A stretch of DNA of 56,131 bases from a virus. Its lineage: Duplodnaviria; Caudoviricetes. Below the pieces are notes generated by a model, which searched no databases, was not told where the DNA came from, and saw only the letters and a program-made list of their open reading frames with translations. Positions 27,824 to 36,777 of this stretch are shown in pieces. How positions within the stretch are numbered: position 1 is the stretch's first letter; the number at the start of each line of letters is the position of its first letter. A program made the translations under genes and the position numbers. The stretch covers positions 1 to 56,131 of the IMG/VR virus record IMGVR_UViG_3300031953_000014. One strand, written 5' to 3'.

Positions 27824-30082
27824 ATGGCTCTCGGATATTGTACTGTCCGCGTCAACATTGGCGCGCTCATCATTGACGGCATAGACGAAGATGATATTTA
27901 CGAGGATGTGCCTGTTACTGGCACTATGGTGTTAACGCCCATGTTGGATCCTGCGAAGCCTGTTCAGGTGGACGATAATGGGGTTATGAAGATTAAGGCT
28001 ATTTCGGCGTTTCCTGTCGATATTGGTTTGACTGGTAGCATTTCGCATCGGAATCGGGATTATGTTGCGGTGCCTGCGCCTACTGGTTTGACTTCTAATT
28101 TGTCGATGTTGCAGTGGCGGGCGTCGTTTAATGGGTTGAAGTATGGGTTGACTGCGGTTACGGTTCCGCCTATCTATTTTTGGGCTGAGCCTGGTCTTGA
28201 GATTAATTTGGCGGATCATATTAATGTTGGCCCGAATTCGACGGCGTTGCAGTTGTCGCGTGGTCCTCGCGGGTTTGGTATTGGTGGGGTTGTTGCTGAT
28301 GGTGATGAGTTGGTGTTTGTGTCGGAGGCTGAGGGGTCTCCGGTGTTGGGTCGGGTGGCGTTGCCTGCTGGTGGGGGTGGTGTTGCTGATGGTGGTGTTA
28401 CGTCGGTGAAGTTGGCTGCTGATGCGGTTACGCGGTCGAAGTTGGCTGTGGCGTTGCGTGATGAGTTGGATGGTAAGGCTGCTGTGTCGGCATTGTCTGG
28501 CAAGCTTGATAAAACGGAAGCTGCAAGCACTTATGCCCCGATCTGGCAGGCATCCACGGCGTACGCGATCAACGCCCCGGTGTTACTCCCCGCGCCGATT
28601 TCCGCTGTAGGCAAGCGCACTGCGGCTGGCACGTCGCGGGCCGCATTCGACGCCACAGAGCAGGCACTCTGGACCGTCGCATCAGGCAGTGGCACTACAA
28701 CAGTGGACGGACTGACAGACGCCGGGACAGTCGGTAAGGCTGTCGCGAAAGCCGGGACCGCAGCCGCTGCCCGCTCCGCAATGGGCGCAGCATCCGGCGA
28801 CCAGGCGGCAATCGTCGCCACAGTCGCGAACAAAGAGGTCATCTTCAACGACCCGACCGGCAAGCAGTCGTTCTTCATCGACGACAACGGGCGTACGTGG
28901 GTCTACTACTGGCACCCTTCGGTCGCATTCCCTGGCGCGCAACTCGCCGCATCATCGGTGCCACCGGACGCCCTGACTGCATCGGTACCGCTTGAAGTGG
29001 GGCGCAAGCAATCGAAGTATGCGGAGATCGCGGGCACCACACCGAACCGCACGCTATGGGTAAACGATGTCACGTCGGGCAGACGGTCACTCATCGCGAA
29101 CTACGGCGACCCGCGAGACCCGGTCATGTTCCCTGACGGGTGGGTCCACTTCACTGGCGACTACGGGCTACGGGCCGCGAAGGGTGACGGGTCGACAGGG
29201 CTACGGCTCGTCGGATCGGACACATCGAAGATCGCGGCTTGGGGCGGCTCACTGACGCAGGGTGTGGGTGCTACCGGCAACCAGGGGTACGTCGCGCTAC
29301 TCGCCACCGAACGCACCGACAAGACCGTATTCAACGGCGGCAAAGCGGGCGAAACATCGTCATGCGCGAACCTCCGATCCGGGGCGCTGACCGTCACGTT
29401 CGACGCATTCACCATCCCTGCCGCGACGACAGCGGTCACCGTGACGCCGAGCTCCAACCTCGAATGGCCGTCCGATCAGGACTTCTCCTGGGCCGGAACC
29501 ATCGGCGGTATCGCAGGAACCCTCGCCTACGCCTTCGCTACGAAGGTAGTGACCTTCACCCGCACGGTCGCGGGGTCGGCTACCCCTGTCGTAGCGGGTA
29601 CGGCGTTCGTGTCCTCGACCGCTTCACACTCCGACGACGTGACGATCATCCACTACAACGGCCAAAATGAGATGAAAGTGCAGAACAACGGCGCTTTCGG
29701 GACCGTGTTCGAACGCCTCAAGAAAGCACATCAGGACGCCATCGCGTATCTGACGCCGCACAGTAAGCGTTTCCTGATCCTCGGGGCCACGACATCGAGC
29801 GTGCAATTGACCGGATCGTGGCAGCATACGCAGGCTCTCGCGGTCGATGCGTGGCTCGCCGCGACCTACCCCGGCAACTTCTTCAACCTGCGAAATTGGC
29901 TCATTGCAAACGGGTTGGCACTCCAAGGGTTGACCGCTACGGCAGCAGACAACACTGCCATCGCCGGTAACACGATCCCGCCACAACTGCTCACGGATGG
30001 CATTCACTACACGGACGGTACGCACGCCATCGTCAAGACCAAGATCATTGCAGAACTCGACGCGAGAGGGTGGATGGCATGA
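27824..30082 (+). CDS. tail fibre/spike with C-terminal SGNH hydrolase domain
   Basis: SGNH blocks WGGSLT, NGGKAGETS, GQNE, DGIH. Confidence 0.75.
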   Translation: MALGYCTVRVNIGALIIDGIDEDDIYEDVPVTGTMVLTPMLDPAKPVQVDDNGVMKIKAISAFPVDIGLTGSISHRNRDYVAVPAPTGLTSNLSMLQWRASFNGLKYGLTAVTVPPIYFWAEPGLEINLADHINVGPNSTALQLSRGPRGFGIGGVVADGDELVFVSEAEGSPVLGRVALPAGGGGVADGGVTSVKLAADAVTRSKLAVALRDELDGKAAVSALSGKLDKTEAASTYAPIWQASTAYAINAPVLLPAPISAVGKRTAAGTSRAAFDATEQALWTVASGSGTTTVDGLTDAGTVGKAVAKAGTAAAARSAMGAASGDQAAIVATVANKEVIFNDPTGKQSFFIDDNGRTWVYYWHPSVAFPGAQLAASSVPPDALTASVPLEVGRKQSKYAEIAGTTPNRTLWVNDVTSGRRSLIANYGDPRDPVMFPDGWVHFTGDYGLRAAKGDGSTGLRLVGSDTSKIAAWGGSLTQGVGATGNQGYVALLATERTDKTVFNGGKAGETSSCANLRSGALTVTFDAFTIPAATTAVTVTPSSNLEWPSDQDFSWAGTIGGIAGTLAYAFATKVVTFTRTVAGSATPVVAGTAFVSSTASHSDDVTIIHYNGQNEMKVQNNGAFGTVFERLKKAHQDAIAYLTPHSKRFLILGATTSSVQLTGSWQHTQALAVDAWLAATYPGNFFNLRNWLIANGLALQGLTATAADNTAIAGNTIPPQLLTDGIHYTDGTHAIVKTKIIAELDARGWMA

Positions 30083-30813
30083 CGCTCATCATCACCGGCA
30101 CCAACCCTTATACCGGCGTCGGGGCATCAGCTCCAGGCACGGAAGACCCAAACTCAGGGCTGCTCGCACTATGGGACCCCGACACGCTCGCAGGCACTGA
30201 CGGCTCCTCGATCACCGGATCGCTGGTACCGAGTGCAGGGTCTCTGCTTTCAGACTTCACCCTCGCAGCGCCTGGCGCCGCGTCGCGGCCAACGTTGCGT
30301 ACCGGGCTGAATGGTCACAAGTACATCGACTTCTCTGCCGATGGCGCGCGGCAGCTTCGGTCGTCGCAACTCGGCACGCCGCTCACGGGAGCGTTCACGT
30401 TGCAGTTCGTGGCGAATGTCGGGGCGCTCCCCTCTGCCACTACCGGGTATCTTGCGTACTTGCGAGGCACGGTCGGGCCACTGTTGCTTCGCGCATCGGA
30501 CAACAAGTACCGCACTCGGATGACGAATGCAGCTGCCCCGAACACTGTCATCGACAGTGGCGTGACTACGCCGGGGTGGCAGGTCATCACTGCCGTGTAT
30601 GACGGCGCAGCATCGCGCATCCAAGTCAACGAACGCACTGTCACCGGCACGACCGATACCGGGTCGATGGACGGTATTTGCATCTCGGGCAACACGGGTA
30701 CGACGGCAGGATTCCTCGGGCAGGTGGCGTATGCGAAGGCGTACAACCGTGCGCTTACCGTCGCGGAGGCAGCTACGTTCCGCGCCGAGATGCAGGCACG
30801 CTTCGCGATCTGA
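30079..30813 (+). CDS. LamG/concanavalin-A-like beta-sandwich protein
   Basis: WQVITAVYDG..IQVN..YNRALTVAE. Confidence 0.68.
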   Translation: MTLIITGTNPYTGVGASAPGTEDPNSGLLALWDPDTLAGTDGSSITGSLVPSAGSLLSDFTLAAPGAASRPTLRTGLNGHKYIDFSADGARQLRSSQLGTPLTGAFTLQFVANVGALPSATTGYLAYLRGTVGPLLLRASDNKYRTRMTNAAAPNTVIDSGVTTPGWQVITAVYDGAASRIQVNERTVTGTTDTGSMDGICISGNTGTTAGFLGQVAYAKAYNRALTVAEAATFRAEMQARFAI

Positions 30814-30943
30814 TCTTCGGGGCATAAATCCAAAAGTGCTTGCACTTAACAACACATGAAACCCCGCACTCACACCGAGTCGCGGGGGCTTTCCCTACGC
30901 CCAACACGGGCACACAAGTCCCCCACAAAGGGAGGTTTGCCAT

Positions 30944-31300
30944 ATGTGGCAGACACTAACCACACTCGCAGCAATCGCCGCCAGTGTGGCATACATGCAC
31001 AAACACATCACAACGATAGGGGACACCATTATGGCTACTCAAGCAGACAATCAGGCACGCCTCGACGCCCTCGCAGACCGCCAAGACAAGGCATACGCCG
31101 AAATCGTGGCAGGCATTCAGGAACTAAAGGATGCGGCTGATGCTGGGCAGGTTTTGGATTTCACTCGCGTTGAGGGTGGTGCGCAACTTTTGGATGATAT
31201 TAATCCTGATGTTGTTGTGCCGCCTGTCGATGAGACTCCGGTTGATCCTGAGGTTCCGGTCGATCCTGAGACTCCGGTCGATGGCGAGCCTGCCGTCTAA
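30944..31300 (+). CDS. hypothetical protein, acidic PVDPE repeats at C-terminus (start may be 31030)
   Basis: GGAGG SD before 30944; ORF track. Confidence 0.6.
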   Translation: MWQTLTTLAAIAASVAYMHKHITTIGDTIMATQADNQARLDALADRQDKAYAEIVAGIQELKDAADAGQVLDFTRVEGGAQLLDDINPDVVVPPVDETPVDPEVPVDPETPVDGEPAV

Positions 31301-31317
31301 GTGACTGCATGAAAAGT

Positions 31318-31362
31318 GAGTGCCCCCGCTGCCCCTACATGGGTTGGCGGGGGCACTTTTTT
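31318..31362. terminator. terminator between convergent genes
   Basis: AGTGCCCCCGC...GCGGGGGCACT followed by T-run. Confidence 0.75.
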
Positions 31363-31373
31363 GCGTTGGCGGG

Positions 31374-31583
31374 CTAGCAGCCTAGTTCGGTGAGGATCTT
31401 GTCGAGTTTCCTTGCGCCGACGATGGTGTGCCGTCTGGTTGTGGCGGTGATGATGGTGCCGCGTTCAGAGAACCGGATGTGCATGTACCGTCCACCCTTT
31501 TCGAAGACTGATACTCCGTCGTCGTGTGTGACTGTCCATCCGGTGCGTTCCGCTGAGGTGACGCACTCATCTTTTGGTGTCAT
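31374..31583 (-). CDS. hypothetical protein
   Basis: overlap-coupled to the HTH gene; GAGGA SD. Confidence 0.6.
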   Translation of the reverse strand: MTPKDECVTSAERTGWTVTHDDGVSVFEKGGRYMHIRFSERGTIITATTRRHTIVGARKLDKILTELGC

Positions 31584-31858
31584 TGATTGTCCTCTGATTG
31601 TCCGTGCCGCCAAAACCCTTTACCGGGGCGCGCCTTGTGCCATGCGTCGATGGTTGCTTGTTTCCACCCGTAGGTGTTGCCGACTTTCACGTCAGGCGCG
31701 GGGAACAGTCGGGTGTTGATGATGTAGTCGGTACTGGTGTCGAGGGTTGCGTCTGGCCGGTCTGTTTCGATGATTGACCGCCGGCGGTAGCCTTTGACTG
31801 AGTTCACGGATATTCGTAGGTGGTCTGCTACTCCGTTGATGGATAGGTATTCGAGCAT
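31580..31858 (-). CDS. HTH DNA-binding protein (AlpA/MerR-like)
   Basis: YLSINGVADHLRISVNSVKGY..FPAPDVKVG..GWKQATIDAW..RPGKG. Confidence 0.75.
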   Translation of the reverse strand: MLEYLSINGVADHLRISVNSVKGYRRRSIIETDRPDATLDTSTDYIINTRLFPAPDVKVGNTYGWKQATIDAWHKARPGKGFWRHGQSEDNQ

Positions 31859-31945
31859 GCTTGTAGTTAACACCATTTCGGGTGGTTGTGGGTTAGGCAC
31901 CTGTTCGGGTTGTGTTGACGCCTGTTGGGGTGTTTAATGCGGTGT

Positions 31946-32131
31946 ATGACGATGATGAATGCAGTTGACCCGGTAGTTGATTTGGCTCAGGATGCGGCGG
32001 ATGCTGGGGACCGTGCCGCGTATCTCGCGGCGATGACGGATGCGCAGTTGCGTTTCAGGGTTTCGGCGGCTCGGGCGATGGGCTGGCATTGGGATGCGGA
32101 CGAGTTTTCGGCGGAGCTTGCCAAGCGGTAA
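31946..32131 (+). CDS. hypothetical protein (leaderless cassette 1)
   Basis: ATG 7 nt after -10 TTTAAT; terminator hairpin 32149-32184. Confidence 0.65.
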   Translation: MTMMNAVDPVVDLAQDAADAGDRAAYLAAMTDAQLRFRVSAARAMGWHWDADEFSAELAKR

Positions 32132-32232
32132 CTGGGTAAAGGTTGGGATGCTCCACTCGAACTCTTCGGGTGGAGCATTTCTTTGCCACAGCCCATGTTG
32201 ACATGACACCAATTCGGGTGTTTAATGAAGTC

Positions 32233-32514
32233 ATGACCAACACGGACTCCCGCAAAGCTGCAATGCTCGCCCGCCTCACGAACGCAGACCTCCTCGAACA
32301 GGCAATCGCCCTCGCAGACCGCACCGACCTCACCAACGCTGAGCGCATCACATTCGCGTGGATGATGAGCGAATTCTGCAAGCGCGCCGGATTGGTCCTC
32401 GACAATGCCCGCTACCGCACGGAAGCCCCAGTCATGGGTGCGGTTGGCGCGATGGTCGCTCAGCTTGCGGATGATGTGCTGCAGGAAATGGATTTGGCAC
32501 CGATGGCGGCGTGA
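32233..32514 (+). CDS. hypothetical protein (leaderless cassette 2)
   Basis: TTGACA-17-TTTAAT-6-ATG. Confidence 0.7.
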   Translation: MTNTDSRKAAMLARLTNADLLEQAIALADRTDLTNAERITFAWMMSEFCKRAGLVLDNARYRTEAPVMGAVGAMVAQLADDVLQEMDLAPMAA

Positions 32515-32632
32515 CAACCGATCTGCACCTGTAATGCCCCTGACTCACGGTTGGGGGCCTTGCAGGTGCAGTCAACCCGACTAGACGCCCAGCCGGGTTG
32601 ACAAGACGCCCGAACGGGTGCATAATCAACGC

Positions 32633-33046
32633 ATGGCAACAACGAAAGCTTATGCAGTTAAGGGCACCACGTCAGACGTGACCGATTGCGACCAGTGCGG
32701 ACGGTCTGACCTGCGGGGCACAATCGCGCTCGAATCACTCGATGCGGACGGCAACGGCACGGGCGTTGTGAGCTATTTCGGTTCCGACTGCGGCGCAATG
32801 GCTGCGGGCTGGACGCAGAAGGATATTCGCAAGCGGGCAAAGCTGGCGGACGATACGGAACGCGCACGGCGGAGGGCTGAGGCTGACGCGCGCTCGACTG
32901 CGTTCTGTGACGCGCGGGATGCTTGGTGTTTCGAGACATACGGCACGCGGGACGTTTGCGCCGTGCGTGACGTTGAGGGGCGCAGGCGTTCGTCGATTGC
33001 GGTGGTTGATGAGTTCATGGCGGCAACTGGTACGCCTTGGATTTGA
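32633..33046 (+). CDS. Zn-binding hypothetical protein (leaderless cassette 3)
   Basis: TTGACA-17-CATAAT-6-ATG; CDQCGR..FGSDC. Confidence 0.75.
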   Translation: MATTKAYAVKGTTSDVTDCDQCGRSDLRGTIALESLDADGNGTGVVSYFGSDCGAMAAGWTQKDIRKRAKLADDTERARRRAEADARSTAFCDARDAWCFETYGTRDVCAVRDVEGRRRSSIAVVDEFMAATGTPWI

Positions 33047-33182
33047 CGTGACACCCGAGCTTGCGGGAGGCTGCAGGCAGCAAGGTAGGCGAACCAACCG
33101 GCCGGGGCATCCTTCGAGGTGCCCATTTTTGTGCCGAAGCGGCCTACTTGACAAGACGCCCGGACGGGTGTTGAATACAGTT

Positions 33183-33404
33183 ATGACAAACACAGCAGCC
33201 ACCGCCACCCACACCCTCGTAGTAATCGACCACAGCGACAACACCGGCAACGAAGAGGAATACGCCACCCTCACGGAAGCCGCCGCCAGCCTCGACCACT
33301 TCGCCGAAGAAGGCGACCTCATCGTCGCAGAGGGCCACGACGGAATGTACGTCCTCATCGACGCAGACGGCCACCACACGTACACCGCATACATCGCAGC
33401 CTGA
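33183..33404 (+). CDS. acidic hypothetical protein (leaderless cassette 4)
   Basis: TTGACA-17-TTGAAT-6-ATG; terminator 33410-33443. Confidence 0.7.
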   Translation: MTNTAATATHTLVVIDHSDNTGNEEEYATLTEAAASLDHFAEEGDLIVAEGHDGMYVLIDADGHHTYTAYIAA

Positions 33405-33684
33405 CCACCAGCCCCCGCACTCACCAGAGGCGGGGGCTTTCTTGTGTACGGGGAAGGATAGTTTCTGCAACTAACTACTTTGGTCGGATAATGGCGGGCA
33501 TCTCCTTTTTCGGGGGTGTCCGCCATTATTTCGCGTTACATGGCGTATTGCTGGGTTCGCCAGTCGTCTTGTGAGCGACTTTTACGTGATTCTGGTACCT
33601 CAGTGACCCCTGGGCTATACGGCCACGTCTGCGTCTCCGGCAGGCGGGGAAGTATTCATGTGGGGTGCGTTCCTTCACGGGGCG

Positions 33685-33944
33685 TGGGCATCAAATGGGC
33701 ACACTTTGGGCACAAATGATGTACGAATCGAATGGATGTTCGAGGATAAGATGGGACCAACGTGTGGCCTAGCCTGCACGTTTGCCACATAACCGCAGGT
33801 CATGGTAGCTAAAATGTTGTCGTTCGCATCGAGAAGGTCAGGGGTTCGATTCCCCTCAGCTCCACCCTTAAAACCGCAGGTCAAGCCCCACTTCCGTTAA
33901 CGCGGGGTGGGGCACTTTTTTTGTTTGGGCACAATTTGGGCACA
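33685..33944. other. attP: common core 33820-33866 (3' half of tRNA-Ala, CGC anticodon) with arm-type TGGGCACA repeats
   Basis: TCGTTCGCATCGAGAAGGTCAGGGGTTCGATTCCCCTCAGCTCCACC; TGGGCA(CA) at 33685, 33696, 33707, 33926, 33937 (11-bp spacing); AACCGCAGGTCA on both sides of core. Confidence 0.85.
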
Positions 33945-35074
33945 CTTGCTTTCGCTGCGTCATCGAGGGCTGCCGCTACAGCTTCCAGATCGTCGGGGAA
34001 TAAGTCGGCGTAAGTGTCGAGGGTCATCGCTGCGGACTTGTGGCCGAGCATCGTCTGAACTGCTTTCACATTGGCTCCTGCACTGATCGCGAGGGACGCG
34101 GCGGTGTGCCGTAGATCGTGAACGGTGACGGTCGGAAACTCGGGTGTGACCGCTGCCCCTCGGCGCTCTTCCTGCTGCCTGATTCGGATGCTACGGCCTT
34201 TACAGCGAGCTACCGCAAGATTGTAGATGCGGGGTCGGTACGTGGAGACACGGAGTATCCCGCCAAGCTCACCCATGAACACGAGTTCGTCACGGCCCTT
34301 GCCTGTCATGAGTGGCGCGAGCATGTCGCTGAGAAATGCGGGGTAGGGGACTGTGCGGCGTTCATGGTTTTTGACGTTCCCCCAGATGATTTGTCCGTGG
34401 ACTTCGGATACGGCTTCGGTGATGTTGATGCGCCGGCGGAGCATGTCGAATGATCGAACTTTCAAGCCTGCCATTTCTCCCCATCGCAAGCCTGTGTATG
34501 CGAGGAAGAGGATCACTACACCGTGTGTGGTGACTTCTGCGGCGAGTTCGTGGGCTTGCTGGTGTGTGAGGTAGCCGCGTTGTGTGTGGCGTCTGCGGGG
34601 GGCTTTGATGTTGGCGCACGGATTTTTGGCGATGACGTTATCTTCGTCAGCTGCTGCGAGGATCTGTCGGAGTACGCCTAACGCTTTTTCGATGGTGGCT
34701 GTGCCTGTCCCTGCTTTTTCGAGTCCTGATACCCATGCGCGTACGTCGGATGGTCTGATGTCGCCGGCTGCTCGGGTTCCCCAGTGGTCGCGGATGTGCG
34801 CGTTGTATGCGGATTCGGTGTTGACGGTGGTTGATGCGGTTAGTCCGCTCCGGTTGGTGAGCCACACGTCGGCGAGAGCGTCGATGGTGATTTTCCCTGA
34901 TGTGGGGTCTACGTAGTCGCCGGACAGTTTTTTGACTTCGATGGTGTTGCCGAATGCTTCTGCTGCACGTTTGGTGGTGAAGCCTCGTTTTTTGGTGGGT
35001 TTGCCGTCTGGTTTGCGGTATCGGACCATGTATCGCTTGCCTGCGGCTGTGTCGTAGGGCTCGATGGTTGCCAT
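33881..35074 (-). CDS. int: tyrosine integrase
   Basis: TGLRWGE, HDLRHT, LGHKSAAMTLDTY catalytic motifs; N-terminal arm-binding domain. Confidence 0.95.
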   Translation of the reverse strand: MATIEPYDTAAGKRYMVRYRKPDGKPTKKRGFTTKRAAEAFGNTIEVKKLSGDYVDPTSGKITIDALADVWLTNRSGLTASTTVNTESAYNAHIRDHWGTRAAGDIRPSDVRAWVSGLEKAGTGTATIEKALGVLRQILAAADEDNVIAKNPCANIKAPRRRHTQRGYLTHQQAHELAAEVTTHGVVILFLAYTGLRWGEMAGLKVRSFDMLRRRINITEAVSEVHGQIIWGNVKNHERRTVPYPAFLSDMLAPLMTGKGRDELVFMGELGGILRVSTYRPRIYNLAVARCKGRSIRIRQQEERRGAAVTPEFPTVTVHDLRHTAASLAISAGANVKAVQTMLGHKSAAMTLDTYADLFPDDLEAVAAALDDAAKASVPKLCPNKKSAPPRVNGSGA

Positions 35075-35259
35075 TGGCTCCCTGTCTGGGTGTCGTTCAT
35101 TTGGATGAATACCGAAAGTTCTTTTTGCTGCTATGTGGCGGGCTTTTTGGCTGCGATAGCGGTTGAGGCTTAAAGCTTTTGATGATTGCTGGGTGATTAA
35201 TCCGCACGTGGGAGCACGAGACGTTCACTTGATCTTGTTCGATGAAACGGTTATCGGCG

Positions 35260-35598
35260 CTACCCCTGCCCTGTGAGTGTTTCGCCCGCAATGCCGGACT
35301 TGGCGCGGCGCATGATTTCCTTAGCTAAGTTCAAGTCGGAGGCAGCGGCTAGGTTCGAAAGTATATTCGATTCCATAGCTTCATCTGAGGTGAGGATGCC
35401 TGTGATGACGAGAGCTTCTACTACTGGGTGGTCGTATGCGCGGGCAATCTTGATGATGTCTTCGGCGGGTACGTCCATGCGTTTGCGTCGGGATAGGAGG
35501 CTGGACTGTTCGATGCCAGCTTTTTCTGCTGCGGCACGGTTGGAATCGGTGCCGATGACCTGGTCCAGCCATGCCTTGGTTCGTTCCGCAGTGTTCAT
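35260..35598 (-). CDS. immunity repressor (HTH)
   Basis: SNRAAAEKAGIEQSSL HTH; IARAY..PVVEALV.TGILT; divergent from cro. Confidence 0.75.
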   Translation of the reverse strand: MNTAERTKAWLDQVIGTDSNRAAAEKAGIEQSSLLSRRKRMDVPAEDIIKIARAYDHPVVEALVITGILTSDEAMESNILSNLAAASDLNLAKEIMRRAKSGIAGETLTGQG

Positions 35599-35769
35599 GC
35601 GTTGAAGTATGCCTAGCTTTGTGGGCAATTTCAACAGGGTTGAACTGGGAGTTCTCCAGAAAGTGTAGAAATTATCGGCATGTCTGTTGTGAATCGCCAC
35701 GATTGTGTGGCATGGTTCAACACAGCGAAGCAAGGCAATCACAACGGTGTAATTCACGAGGAGGACGAA

Positions 35770-35985
35770 GTGCCAACAGTTCAGATGCGGGCAGGGGCTT
35801 TGAACAGGGTTCGCAAGATTGTGAAGGCTCGGAGCGATGAAGAGTTCGCGGCGAAGTTGGGTGTGAGTCGGGAGACGTTGCGGCTGGTGGAGTCGGGGAA
35901 GCGTTGCCCGTCGAGTGTGTTCATGGCGGGGGTTGTGCTCGCTACTCGTAAGGATTTCGCTACGTGGTTTGAGGCGGCGGCGTGA
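35770..35985 (+). CDS. Cro-like HTH protein
   Basis: EEFAAKLGVSRETLRLVESGKRCPS; GGAGG SD. Confidence 0.82.
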   Translation: MPTVQMRAGALNRVRKIVKARSDEEFAAKLGVSRETLRLVESGKRCPSSVFMAGVVLATRKDFATWFEAAA

Positions 35986-36152
35986 TCGAGTTGTTGACGC
36001 CGGCTGAGGCTGCGGTGAGGGCGCGTTGCAATGTCAATTTTGTTTATAGCGCGTTGCAGGCTGGGGAGTTGCGGGGGATTCAGCGGAGGAAGCCTAAGGG
36101 GAGGTGGCTGATCGAGGGGGATGCGCTTGATCGCTGGCTGCGGGGTTTGTAG
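35982..36152 (+). CDS. excisionase-like HTH protein
   Basis: LLTPAEAA..VYSALQAGELRG..GRWLI..LDRWL, translated by hand. Confidence 0.75.
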   Translation: MIELLTPAEAAVRARCNVNFVYSALQAGELRGIQRRKPKGRWLIEGDALDRWLRGL

Positions 36153-36166
36153 CAAGGTTTTGGCTA

Positions 36167-36215
36167 GTCCCGACCATGGAGCTTCATTCGGGTTCGATCC
36201 CCGTACGGGACACGC
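36167..36215 (+). ncRNA. tRNA-like minihelix 1 (acceptor stem plus T-arm)
   Basis: GTCCCG...CGGG-TTCGATC-CCCG-TA-CGGGAC. Confidence 0.5.
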
Positions 36216-36305
36216 TGCACTCGTTCTGAGTGTTTAGCAACACAAGTTTTTGAGGCCCTTTTGTGGGTCTATTTGGCGACGGCTGTTGTTGGGCTGGGCT
36301 GCCTA

Positions 36306-36333
36306 CGTAATTTGAGAATTCCATAGTGCGTGC
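36306..36333 (+). promoter_or_regulatory. rrn-leader-type boxA-like element
   Basis: TTTGAGAATTCCATAGTGCGTG resembles the actinobacterial rrn leader motif TTTGAGAACTCAATAGTGTG. Confidence 0.55.
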
Positions 36334-36506
36334 GGTGTTGGCAGTGCGAGCGTGTCGTGCCGGTCTGATATTCCAGGTGACTTGTCCCAAGGGAGTGTGG
36401 CTGGTGCAGCGTTCTGCGGTTGGCAGTGTGCACGTGTTCGGCGCGGAATACGGGGCTTTGGTCCTACACCACCTGTTGGGTGAGGTAAGTGCGTCGATGT
36501 TTGGTG

Positions 36507-36558
36507 GTCCCGGTCCGTGTGGGTGGCGGTGTTGGTTTCGATGCCTGCCGGGACGCGC
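36507..36558 (+). ncRNA. tRNA-like minihelix 2
   Basis: GTCCCG...GTTGG-TTTCGATG-CCTGC-CGGGAC. Confidence 0.4.
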
Positions 36559-36598
36559 AAGTTTCCAGTTTCTTCTACCGCTTTTTCGAGGAGTGTTT

Positions 36599-36694
36599 AT
36601 GCGGCAGTCATGTACGCCTCGGTGGAATCCGTTGGCTGTGGTGTTTGTGGTCGTGCTCATTGAGGCGGCGATGGTCGCCTGCATCTTCTACTAA
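36599..36694 (+). CDS. 31-aa membrane peptide
   Basis: GAGGAG SD; single hydrophobic helix. Confidence 0.5.
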   Translation: MRQSCTPRWNPLAVVFVVVLIEAAMVACIFY

Positions 36695-36777
36695 AAACGG
36701 CGCATCGGATGCTGCAAACATCCGATGCGCCAGCCGCCCTATCCCCATCAACACACCCCTGCGAAGGAAGACAAGAC

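Larger units (their letters stand above)
31869..33182. promoter_or_regulatory. repeated sigma-A-type promoters each carrying palindromic operator GAC(A/G)CCCGnnCGGGTGT(C/T)
   Basis: operator cores at 31871, 31898, 31919, 32207, 32586, 32607, 33157; TTGACA-17 nt-(T/C)wKAAT-6/7 nt-ATG. Confidence 0.8.

Noticed and set aside
31869-33182. CRISPR array or integron attC array
   Set aside because: Repeats are degenerate promoter/operator units separated by whole genes; no cas genes or integron integrase seen
33820-33866. tRNA gene
   Set aside because: Only the anticodon-to-3' half is present; explained as the attP common core
35097-35291. 64-aa ORF between repressor and integrase
   Set aside because: No SD or recognisable motif, and it overlaps the repressor end
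36167-36558. functional tRNAs
   Set aside because: No D or anticodon arms; reported only as tRNA-like elements
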